Origin: Candidatus Bathyarchaeota archaeon
Lineage (GTDB): Archaea > Thermoproteota > Bathyarchaeia > 40CM-2-53-6
Reading direction: 5' to 3'
DNA length: 64,000 nt
NCBI GenBank assembly: GCA_963780265.1
Contig: CAWABQ010000028.1
Coordinates: 135,491 to 199,490, forward strand
Made by a program: the position numbers and the translations under genes. Within the stretch, counting starts at the first letter, position 1; each line of letters starts with the position of its first letter. Below, piece after piece: positions 55,495-64,000 of this stretch. The notes below the pieces were generated by a model, which did no database searches, was not told where the DNA came from, and saw only the letters and a list, made by a program, of their open reading frames with translations.

Positions 55495-56446
55495 GTGAGA
55501 AGCGTGACTTACGAACTGTTGGGACGGGCCTTGGAGCTAGCGACCAAACTGGAATGCGAACTATGCGCTGTCGTCCTAGGCGACGCTACGAAGGAACATT
55601 ACCAAGACCTCATAGCCCACGGGGCGGACAAAATCTACGTGACCAAACACGAGCAACTGTCGAATTATTCAAGTGACGCATACGCTGCCGCGTTGGCTCA
55701 GAGCATTCAGAAGTATGGGCCCTATGCGGTTGTTGCCGCCGCAACCTCGCTAGGGAGGGATTACATGCCGAGAGTCGCCGCCCGCCTCGGGTTAGGGATG
55801 ACTAGCGACTGCATTGGGTTAGAGCTGAACGAGAAGGAACAGTTGGTTCAATTGAAACCGGCCTTCGGCGGAAACATTGTCGCACCCATCCTCAGCAGAA
55901 CCCTCCCACAATTGGCGACGGTTCGGCCGGGAATGCTGGCTGCAGCTGAAGCAAACCCTTCGAGGCAGGGCGCAATTGTCGAACTGCACCCAACTGGTTT
56001 GAAGGCTATGGCCCATCTGATCGAGGAAAGGTTTGAGGCTGACCGCGACGTTGAGGTTGGACAATGCAGATGTTATCGTGGCCGCAGGATTCGGAGTCGG
56101 CGGCCCCGAGAAGATGAAGAGCATAGCCGATTTAGCTGAAGTCCTCGACGCGCCGATAGCAACAACGAGAAAAGTGGTGGATTCAGGTTGGCTTCCGAGA
56201 CAACTTCAGATTGGGCTAACGGGCAGGTCTGTGGCCCCTAAACTGTACGTGGCGATTGGTGTGAGGGGCGCCTTCAACCACATGGTGGGCATAGGCAGAG
56301 CGAGAATAATAGTGGCCATCAACAAAGACCCGAATGCGTTAATCTTCAAGAATTGTGACTACGGCATAGTGGGCGACTATGCAGAGGTTGTTCCAGTATT
56401 GACCCAGGTGCTTCGCGAGGGGAAAGCAACCTTGGGGAAGACTTAA
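55495..56446 (+). CDS. etfA: electron transfer flavoprotein alpha subunit, 1-nt frameshift; start unresolved
   Basis: N-domain (YELLGRALELA...) plus the FAD domain (ADVIVAAGFGVGGPE, TTRKVVDSGW, QIGLTGRSVAPKLYVAIGVRGAFNH). The frames join at the GG at 56059..56060. EtfA-like sequence (NKSFWVVAELVQG) extends upstream to ~55453 without a start codon. Confidence 0.85.
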
Positions 56447-56480
56447 AATCGTAAGAACCCGCAGAATTCTCGGTGGTCTA

Positions 56481-56807
56481 ATGCCAGCGGTTAAGGTTTG
56501 CAGCAAATCCGATGTCGCGCCGGGTAGCCTCAAACTCGTGAGTGTGGGCGGGAAGGACCTTGTTGTAGCTAATGTTGATGGTAACTTCTACGTGATGGAT
56601 AATTGGTGCACACATGAGCAGGGGAACCTATCGGAAGGAGAACTGAACAAGAAGGTCCTCACCTGCCCAGAACACGGAGCCCAATTCGACGTAACAACTG
56701 GGAAGGTCCTAGGTGGACCGGACGGCGGACCCGCTGACAGCATTCCGCCGGAAACAGCGTACAAAGTCAGAGTTCAAGGAAACGACATAATGGTCGACGT
56801 GCCCTAG
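56481..56807 (+). CDS. Rieske [2Fe-2S] ferredoxin
   Basis: CTHEQG...CPEHGAQF is the C-x-H...C-x-x-H Rieske motif. 108 aa. Confidence 0.85.
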   Translation: MPAVKVCSKSDVAPGSLKLVSVGGKDLVVANVDGNFYVMDNWCTHEQGNLSEGELNKKVLTCPEHGAQFDVTTGKVLGGPDGGPADSIPPETAYKVRVQGNDIMVDVP

Positions 56808-56837
56808 GAGCCGACCCCAGTCGCAGGCACTTCTGAG

Positions 56838-57374
56838 CTAATGATAGGTTAGTTGTCCGTCCACGATCTTTGCGCACTGAGTGTATTCATGCTCTTGAGC
56901 GTGCTCCCTGTCGAAAATGTGCGTAACCTCGACCCCATTCGAATTCAGGAAATCTGATATCATACACCTATGGCACCTCCAGTAAAGCGCTTCCGCACAC
57001 ATTATGGTCACCTTCCCTCCCCGGCCTAATTGGATAAGTTCCTCGACGCCCTCTCTGAAAACATAAGTCTCCATATAATCCGCATAATTCCTGAATGACT
57101 GGTTCTTCCAACAAACGTTCTTCGACTCCTTTCCCAAGCCTTTCCTTCTCCCGCCAAGCTTCTGCATCCAGGCGTAGCGGATGTTACGCCCCTCGAGTTC
57201 AACCCCAATCACTTCGGCGTTGAATTGAGGATTCTTGAAGGAACGAGGGAAGCTCCGAACGTCAGCTAGGATATTCACTTCGTAAGCTTGTAGAAGGTTA
57301 ACGAGCTCCTCGAAGGTTCTGGTAGAATGGCCTATTGTGAATATTCGCAATGCAACATCTTCCAAATACACCAC
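56838..57374 (-). CDS. DUF488 family protein
   Basis: IFTIGHSTRTFEELV...LADVRSFPRS...CAEALYWRCHR. Confidence 0.8.
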   Translation of the reverse strand: MVYLEDVALRIFTIGHSTRTFEELVNLLQAYEVNILADVRSFPRSFKNPQFNAEVIGVELEGRNIRYAWMQKLGGRRKGLGKESKNVCWKNQSFRNYADYMETYVFREGVEELIQLGRGGKVTIMCAEALYWRCHRCMISDFLNSNGVEVTHIFDREHAQEHEYTQCAKIVDGQLTYH

Positions 57375-57445
57375 GAAACGGCATCATCTCGTTCGCCAAT
57401 AGGCTACATTTCGACCGATTAGGTTGGGCGCCCCAGATTGCAGGG

Positions 57446-58896
57446 CTACATTACTTCTACGTCGTGGGGGTAGCTTTCCTTAAGGCCTGCCTGTGAGATT
57501 CTGATGAAGTTTCCTTTTCCGCGGAATTGTGAAATTTCTGTTGCGCCGCAGTAACTCATTCCAGACCGCAAACCGCCGACTAGTTGGCTGATTAATTCGG
57601 ACGCGTTCCCTTTGTATGCAACGAACGCTTCCACGCCCTCGGGAACATAGTCCAAAAGGTCGACTGCTGCGTCTTCGTCTGCTTGTTCGGACGCTCGCGC
57701 ACTCCGATCGTAGGAGGCGGCGACTGAGGCCATGCCGCGTACGAGTTTGAATTTTCTGCCCTCCCTCATCACGGTCATGCCTGGGCTTTCCTCGGTCCCG
57801 GCAAGGAGGCTTCCGACCATTACGGTTGAGGCGCCGGCGGCGATAGCTTTGGTGATATCTCCAGAGTTGCGTATCCCGCCGTCAGCAATTATTGGGACAC
57901 CCTTCTGATCGGCGACCTTTGTACATTCGACGATTGCCGTGAGTTGAGGTACGCCTGCTCCCGATACTATTCTGGTGATGCATATTGAACCGGAACCGAT
58001 TCCTACCTTCACGGCGTCCGCTCCTGCCGTGATGAGATCCTCCGTTCCCTCTTTGGTTGCGACGTTTCCTGCGACTAGTTCGGCTTTTGGTATCGTCTTC
58101 TTGATGTTGCGGATAGCGTCTAGGGTTATGTCGGAGTGGGCGTGGGCGACGTCGAGAACGAGTACGTCTGCGCCAGCCTGATGCAATTCTTTAGCCCTAT
58201 CCAAGTAACCTGTCTTTACACCAACAGCGGCGCCTACCATCAACTGGCCTTTCTCGTCTTTCGATGCATTGGGATATTGTTCGAGGCTGAGCATGTCGCG
58301 GCTTGTTATGAGTCCACGCAGTTTTCCGTCTTTGTCGACCAACGGGAGTTTTTCGAGCTTGTGTTTGTGCAAGATTCGCTCCGCCTCGTCTAGGGTTATC
58401 CCGGCCGGAGCTGTGACCATGTCTTTAATCCCGGTCATCATTTCAGCTACTTTCCTCTCTGGATCTCGTTCGAATTGGATGTCCCGAGTCGTTAGGATTC
58501 CTTGTAGGCGACCCCGCTCATCAAGAACCAGAAGGCCAGATACTCCCCGCTGGGACATCAGCCGCTTCGCGCCCTTGAGTTTCTGGTCAGCGGTCAGGCT
58601 GTAGGGTTGCTCTATGATGATGCTCTCAGACCGTTTCACTTTCAAAACTTCCCCAACCTGTTGATCTACGGTCATGAAACGGTGGATAATTCCAATTCCA
58701 CCCGCCCGGCGATCATGGCCGCCATGGAATGTTCAGTAACAGTGTCCATCGGCGCGCTGACAATCGGAACACGTAACTCGATATTTCGTGAGAGCCGCGT
58801 CGTAGTGTGAACGTCTCTTCGAGAGCGGACCGTCGACCTCTTCGGGACTAGTAGAACATCGTCGAAGGTTAATCCGTCCACAATCTTGTCTGACAA
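57446..58896 (-). CDS. guaB: IMP dehydrogenase, 1-nt frameshift
   Basis: [10 protein letters not shown] and SAPMDTVTE (N-terminal piece), CBS pair, [11 protein letters not shown]-like [11 protein letters not shown], and GGIRNSGD. The pieces join ([17 protein letters not shown]) if one base is added at 58708..58709. Confidence 0.9.
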
Positions 58897-59125
58897 TATT
58901 CAATCACCAATTATCGAACCAAGACAATACAGCGTCCTGGATGACCGAGTAAGCCTTGGAAAATTTCTGATTCACCGGGCGTCAATAATGTGCCCGTTAC
59001 TGTGCCGCAGCTTTTCCTTCGAATTTAAACTTTGACTGGGACGTGGCATGTTCATGCAAACCTCTGGGCGTTCTTGGGTGAAGTTAAATATGTCGTATGG
59101 CATGGTTTCCTAGCTGCGAAACAAA

Positions 59126-59980
59126 TTGTCGATCTCATACAAGCACCCTGAAGTTCTTGTCGATACTCAATGGGTCACCCAGCACCTGAAAGATAACGCT
59201 GTTCGCATCGCCGAAGTCGACTACGACCCCACCGCCAACTATAACCTCGGCCACATTCCAAGCGCAGTTCTGTTCGACTGGAAAATAGACATGAACGACC
59301 CCCTAACCCGAGACATACTAAGCAAAGAACAGCTCGAAGACATCCTCTCTCGCTTCGGCGTCAACAAAGACACGACTCTCGTTCTGTACGGCGACTTCAA
59401 CAACTGGTTTGCAGCATTCGCCTTCTGGATACTGAAGTATTACGGCGTGGAGAAGGTCGTCTTGATGAACGGCGGCCGAAAGAAATGGCTCGCCGAGGAT
59501 AGAGAAGTAACCAGGAAGGAAACACCGACGCCGACCAGAGCCTTGTACAAATCCAAGGGCCCGAACGAAGAAATCAGAACCTACTTAGACACCGTGAAGA
59601 AGTCGCTTGGCAGAGGAGACAAGGTGCTCGTCGATGTCCGCAGCCCAGCCGAATTCACCGGCGAAATAACAGCCCCACCTGAATACCCGAACGAGCATGC
59701 CCAACGCGGAGGACACATCCCTGGCGCCGTAAGCATACCTTGGTCTCAGGCTGTGAAGGAGGATGGTACCTTCAAAACCGCAGAAGACCTAGCCAACCTT
59801 TACCAAAGCAAAGGCGTTACACCAGATAAGGAAATCATAACCTACTGCAGAATCGGCGAGAGGTCGTCCTTCAGCTGGTTCGTTCTGAAATATCTACTTG
59901 GCTACCCGAAGGTTAGGAACTACGATGGGTCGTGGACTGAGTGGGGAAACATGGTCCGCAACCCCATCCAGAAACCGTGA
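59126..59980 (+). CDS. thiosulfate/3-mercaptopyruvate sulfurtransferase (tandem rhodanese)
   Basis: Two rhodanese domains with active-site loop YCRIGERSS. Confidence 0.9.
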   Translation: MSISYKHPEVLVDTQWVTQHLKDNAVRIAEVDYDPTANYNLGHIPSAVLFDWKIDMNDPLTRDILSKEQLEDILSRFGVNKDTTLVLYGDFNNWFAAFAFWILKYYGVEKVVLMNGGRKKWLAEDREVTRKETPTPTRALYKSKGPNEEIRTYLDTVKKSLGRGDKVLVDVRSPAEFTGEITAPPEYPNEHAQRGGHIPGAVSIPWSQAVKEDGTFKTAEDLANLYQSKGVTPDKEIITYCRIGERSSFSWFVLKYLLGYPKVRNYDGSWTEWGNMVRNPIQKP

Positions 59981-59998
59981 GACCTTCGATAACGCCTT

Positions 59999-60667
59999 TC
60001 ATTTTTTCACTTTCTTGACAATGAAGTGCGTCAGCTTACCTTCCTTCCTCGATTCGAGTACCACCTGGCCTGTTTCATCAGACCAACGCTCCATCTCAAT
60101 ATCAGCGGTGGGATCGTCGGAGATAACGTGAATTACATCATTCAATGAGCAGCGCTCGATGAGCTCATTCAACCTGACGAGGACGGCAGCGCATTCGACG
60201 CCGATCTCCCACATCTCATAATCTGGGAACGCCCTGAAACACCTAACCCTGAGTTGACTGATCTGTGACTTTATGATTTCTTGGGCGCTCGCTAAATCAC
60301 GGAGGGATTTCATTTCTTCTGGTGAAAGCTTGGTTTCAATCTTCACGAACCAACCGTTTTCGTAGGGCGAATCGTTCGCGAGTTTCGGTTGCGTCTTTAG
60401 GACAGCGTTGGTTTCGACCAATGTCCCGGTGAATGGAGTTCGGACAACGCCGAAGTATCTGACGCTTTCTATGGTTGCGACGCTCTGTCCCTTACTGAGG
60501 GCCGAACCGTCAGGCTTGAAGTTGATTTTGTTGAGCCTTCCGGCCAGAGCAGCGTGGAGGCTTGTGATGCCTAGGGTTGCAAGGTTTTTTGCCCCCAGCC
60601 TAACCCATACGTTGTTTTCGAGGTCGTAGAGGACGTCCTCTGGGAAATCGCAGTAGTCGATCTGCAA
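59999..60667 (-). CDS. GcvH-like domain (lipoyl Lys replaced by Arg) fused to a TusA-like domain
   Basis: The GcvH pattern LGITSLHAALAGRL..SVATIESVRYFGVVRTPFTG..SPYENGWFVKIE has ESVR in place of ESVK. The C-terminal part has a TusA/SirA-like pattern (IGVECAAVLVRLNELI..VIHVISDDPTADIEMERW). The start is taken at TTG 60667 (MQIDYCDFPED). Confidence 0.65.
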   Translation of the reverse strand: MQIDYCDFPEDVLYDLENNVWVRLGAKNLATLGITSLHAALAGRLNKINFKPDGSALSKGQSVATIESVRYFGVVRTPFTGTLVETNAVLKTQPKLANDSPYENGWFVKIETKLSPEEMKSLRDLASAQEIIKSQISQLRVRCFRAFPDYEMWEIGVECAAVLVRLNELIERCSLNDVIHVISDDPTADIEMERWSDETGQVVLESRKEGKLTHFIVKKVKK

Positions 60668-60749
60668 GTCACGCTTAGCCCTTAGTCCGCTCGCTGATCG
60701 CCGCGAAGAGTTGAGAGAAAGCGCTTCGGCTCGAACTTCACGCCGCCAA

Positions 60750-61718
60750 TTACGCGGGAGTTTCAAGCCGCTCCAAAAGAAGTTCGTTGATCTTCAGCCT
60801 ACAAGTCTTGTCTGTCTCAGGTTCGAAGCCGGCAATTCCGAGAATGGCCTTGGAGTTCACGGTTACGCTTCGTTGCTCGCCGTACGCTTTTTCGACCACA
60901 TTCACGATTGCGGAAACCTTTGCACCTAGTTTTTCGATTAGTTGTATGCAGGCGTTGCGGGTTCGGCCGGTGAAGCCGACATCGTCGAATATGATCACGC
61001 GGTCCTCGGCGGTTATGGAGCCTTCGGGTATGGCGAAGTAGTGTTCGGTCTTCTTCGTGGCGGACGGAACTTTCACATCCCCCACCACAGTCCCCCGCCA
61101 AGTCGCGGGAACCTGCGGCCTTGCTTTATCGTACACTTTCACGGCGCGTACGAAGCTGAGGCCAGCCATACTCGCGTACACGGCCGCCAAAGGCGGCCCG
61201 GAGGCTTCTGGGGATAGGACTTTGGTTGAAGTTCTGCCGAGCTTTGGCCTGAGCACGTATCGTACCAAGTCCCCGAAGAATTGCGCGTCAAAGTTCTGAT
61301 TGATGAATGGAACATCCAGCCCGCCGTCGCCTAGCACGGTGAATTGTTGGGGATCGGTTAGGTGTGCGATGAGCCTGTCTTCGAGTTTGTCGATTCTTTC
61401 CTGGAATTTCGAGAGTAGGGATATTTCGTTTGAAGCTACGAGGAGCGAGTCACCAATCTTGGGAAAGAAGACTTGAAGGGCGAAGCCAAGTATCTCAGTC
61501 TCGCGGGGCTGTTTAACAAGCTGCTGGTAACGGTCGACCGCAATAATGCCTTCAGAGAGTTGTGCTGGCTCACTCAGAAAACGGTTGATCTTCACAATCG
61601 TCCCGATTTCTCCGCGAACCGCTTCCGGTGCAAGGACAGCGTCGTCGTTTACTCTCACTTCATCGTTTTCCTTGAACGCCACAACCCCGGACTCACGCCC
61701 TCCGATCTCATACGCCAA
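60750..61718 (-). CDS. phosphoribosyltransferase-domain protein with an unknown N-terminal domain
   Basis: PRPP-binding loop VIIFDDVGFTGRT in the C-terminal half. No motif was recognised in the N-terminal ~150 aa. Confidence 0.65.
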   Translation of the reverse strand: MAYEIGGRESGVVAFKENDEVRVNDDAVLAPEAVRGEIGTIVKINRFLSEPAQLSEGIIAVDRYQQLVKQPRETEILGFALQVFFPKIGDSLLVASNEISLLSKFQERIDKLEDRLIAHLTDPQQFTVLGDGGLDVPFINQNFDAQFFGDLVRYVLRPKLGRTSTKVLSPEASGPPLAAVYASMAGLSFVRAVKVYDKARPQVPATWRGTVVGDVKVPSATKKTEHYFAIPEGSITAEDRVIIFDDVGFTGRTRNACIQLIEKLGAKVSAIVNVVEKAYGEQRSVTVNSKAILGIAGFEPETDKTCRLKINELLLERLETPA

Positions 61719-61845
61719 ATTTCTAACCTGTGCAGAACATTAGGTGATTTCGCTTAAGAAATGTTGCACAGCCCCACGTGGCCGCCGTCGGTTGACGTTG
61801 CAACCTATTTATTGCGCGCCCTCGGGCTACGGGGCGGATTCGGCG

Positions 61846-63036
61846 ATGAGTCTTGGAAGGTACCTTTCCAACGTTCCGAGGGGCAAGTATTTCTGGTTCC
61901 TCATGCTCAATGTCGCCGTTACCGGCCTAGCTTCCACGATGCTGGGCCCGTTCCTGCCCGTGTTTCTTTACAAGCAGCTCGGCATCTCTGTGGGCGCCGT
62001 CTCATTCATCTACTTCGTAAATGGCCTAGCCGGAACTTTGACAGTGCTGCTCATGGGTTGGCTTGTCGATAGGGTGGGGCGGAAGAAAGTTTACGCCTTC
62101 GGAACATCGAGCGCGGCGATAATTCCTGCGGCACTGGCCACTGCCACCACGTTCAGCCAAGCCTTGCCGATTTTCACCGTCTCAGGCGTTATGGATTCAG
62201 CCGGTCGGGCTTCGCAGACAACCATCATCGCAGACCAAGTGGAGGAGAGTAAGAGGAATACGGCCTACGGGGTGAGCCGAATAGTCGCCAATGTCGCATG
62301 GATCTTTGCCCCAATCATAGGGGGAGCCATATTGGCGGGGCAGGGAAACTTTCTGCCCCTCTTCATCGTTTCCGCCTTCATCGGCCTACTTGGCCTCCTA
62401 GCCTTCATCGGCCTGGTACCTGAATCACGGAAATCTGGCTTAGAGAGACCAAGGCTTCCGAAACTCGGAATGTTCCGTGATCGTGATTTGCTAGTCTTGT
62501 GTGTGGCTTCATTGTTCACGATGCTATTTTACTCGCAATTTTACTCGCTGTTGCCGATTTTCGCAACGCAAGTCAAAGGCCTGAACAGCGTCCAACTTGG
62601 CGTATTGTTTTCCATATCGGGGGCGACAGTCGTGGCGTTTCAGTTTCCCACTTCGAGTTGGCTGGAGAAAATCCCCAAGCAGACTGGGTACATTCTTGGT
62701 GTCGTGATTTTGGCAATAGGTATTACGGGTTTGGCTCTGGCTCCGAGCTTTTACTGGCTTCTCGTGGCGGTGGTCGTGATGACGCTTGGGGAGAACATGT
62801 TCTTCCCTATCGCGCAGACGCTGGTGACAGAAATCGCACCCGAAGCCGAGCGTGGGATGTATGTGGGCGCCTTCAGCCTCTTCCTGAACATAGGGGGAAA
62901 CGTTTCGCCACTACTCGGCGGGGCAATTTGGCAGCTTACCGGGAATCCATACTTACCCTGGCTCCTCAGCCCCGTCTATGCAGGGATTTCCGTGGGCCTT
63001 GCGATTCTGTTCAGGCTGAAACGTCCAAGCCAGTAG
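61846..63036 (+). CDS. MFS transporter
   Basis: 12 predicted TM helices and the MFS loop motif GWLVDRVGRKK. The start is trimmed to ATG 61846. Confidence 0.85.
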   Translation: MSLGRYLSNVPRGKYFWFLMLNVAVTGLASTMLGPFLPVFLYKQLGISVGAVSFIYFVNGLAGTLTVLLMGWLVDRVGRKKVYAFGTSSAAIIPAALATATTFSQALPIFTVSGVMDSAGRASQTTIIADQVEESKRNTAYGVSRIVANVAWIFAPIIGGAILAGQGNFLPLFIVSAFIGLLGLLAFIGLVPESRKSGLERPRLPKLGMFRDRDLLVLCVASLFTMLFYSQFYSLLPIFATQVKGLNSVQLGVLFSISGATVVAFQFPTSSWLEKIPKQTGYILGVVILAIGITGLALAPSFYWLLVAVVVMTLGENMFFPIAQTLVTEIAPEAERGMYVGAFSLFLNIGGNVSPLLGGAIWQLTGNPYLPWLLSPVYAGISVGLAILFRLKRPSQ

Positions 63037-63101
63037 GGTACGAACGGTTACGGGATTGGGTAATAAGTAAGATGAGCGTGGCAAGGGGCGAGATTTAACC
63101 T

Positions 63102-64000
63102 ATGACGATTGCCAAGACGGTTGCCAAGGGACTTGAAGGAGTCATTGTCGGCGATAGCAGCATTTGCCTGATTGATGGGAATGAGGGGCGGCTGATTTAC
63201 CGTGGGTATGATATTCACGACGTAGCCGCGAACCTAGCCTTCGAAGAAGTAGCCTACCTGCTCTGGTACGGCGACCTGCCTACACGAACTCAGCTTTCCG
63301 ACCTGAAGAAACGTTTGCGCGAAGAACGCCCAATCCCCGGGAACCTAAAGGCCCTGATACGAAGCCTGCCCCTATCCTCAAACACCCTGGATGTCCTACG
63401 AACCACCATCTCTGCGCTCGGGACCGGCACGCCTCTCAAGAAACCCGATATTTCAGACGCGATCTCAATCACCGCGAAGATTCCAACAATCAATGCAACA
63501 TTCGACAGACTTCGCCGGGGGAAGGAGCCTATGGATCCACGCCCGGAGCTGGGGCATGCTGCGAATTACATCTACATGCTTACAGGGAAAGAACCTGACA
63601 GCATCAAGACCGACGCTCTGAACAAGTACTTCATCCTCCTCGCGGACCATGGAATGAATTCCTCAACCTTCACGGCTAGAATTGTTGCGTCGACTTGGTC
63701 GGACATGCACTCGGCCGTAACGGCTGCCATCGGCGCGTTGAAGGGGCCACTTCACGGCGGCGCCCCAGCGCCTGTCCTGCAAATGTTGAAGGACATTGGA
63801 AGCCCAGACTGCGCTGAAGCTTGGATGAGGGATGAGTTGAAGGCGGGCAGAAGATTGATGGGGTTTGGGCATAGACTCTACAGGACAACGGACCCGCGGG
63901 CTGAAATTCTTAGAGAAATCGCGAGCACAACAACCGACAAGAAATTCTTCGAGCTGGCCCGCCAAGTCGAAGAAACGGGTATCCGCGTCTTGCAGGAGGA
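63102..64000 (+). CDS. gltA: citrate synthase, 3'-truncated by window edge
   Basis: The ATG at 63102 is open to the window end. Motifs: LEGVIVGDSSIC, YRGYDI, LLADHGMNSSTF, GALKGPLHGGA, GFGHRLY. Confidence 0.9.
   Translation, partial: MTIAKTVAKGLEGVIVGDSSICLIDGNEGRLIYRGYDIHDVAANLAFEEVAYLLWYGDLPTRTQLSDLKKRLREERPIPGNLKALIRSLPLSSNTLDVLRTTISALGTGTPLKKPDISDAISITAKIPTINATFDRLRRGKEPMDPRPELGHAANYIYMLTGKEPDSIKTDALNKYFILLADHGMNSSTFTARIVASTWSDMHSAVTAAIGALKGPLHGGAPAPVLQMLKDIGSPDCAEAWMRDELKAGRRLMGFGHRLYRTTDPRAEILREIASTTTDKKFFELARQVEETGIRVLQE

Overview
Archaeal chromosomal segment, about 50% GC. Archaea-specific genes include tiaS, tsr3, V-type atpF and an A1:U72 initiator tRNA, so this is probably an uncultivated TACK-lineage genome. 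The left end carries hutI, hutU, a rhomboid protease and the RNase P RNA gene. The 3' end of the RNase P RNA gene is the attachment site of a ~15.7-kb integrated element (3440..19182) bounded by perfect 61-bp direct repeats. The element's SSV-type tyrosine integrase gene is split by the integration into Int(N) at the left end and Int(C) at the right end, and the two parts stay in frame through att. Cargo is a complete type I R-M system (hsdRMS), a fragmented DUF2130-like nuclease gene, small PD-(D/E)xK-like genes, small membrane and secreted proteins, and many same-orientation fragments of one IS transposase gene. A third, partial att copy at 21097 hints at an older adjacent insertion. The remaining ~43 kb is mostly housekeeping (tsr3, nnr, tiaS, pyrB/pyrI, atpF, nfo, etfBA, guaB, rhodanese, citrate synthase). 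It is interspersed with lineage-specific surface proteins that carry cytoplasmic zinc-ribbon arrays, P/Y/G-rich low-complexity proteins, and a wHTH + ATP-cone + NrdD-like gene. Four tRNA genes (iMet, Gln, Ala, His) carry 11 hand-predicted introns, four of them in iMet. A TPP riboswitch precedes thiT and a PurM-like gene. At least 12 genes are interrupted by 1-nt frameshifts, mostly missing bases in homopolymers, so assembly error is the most likely cause. All calls come from reading the sequence and from remembered family motifs; no searches were run.
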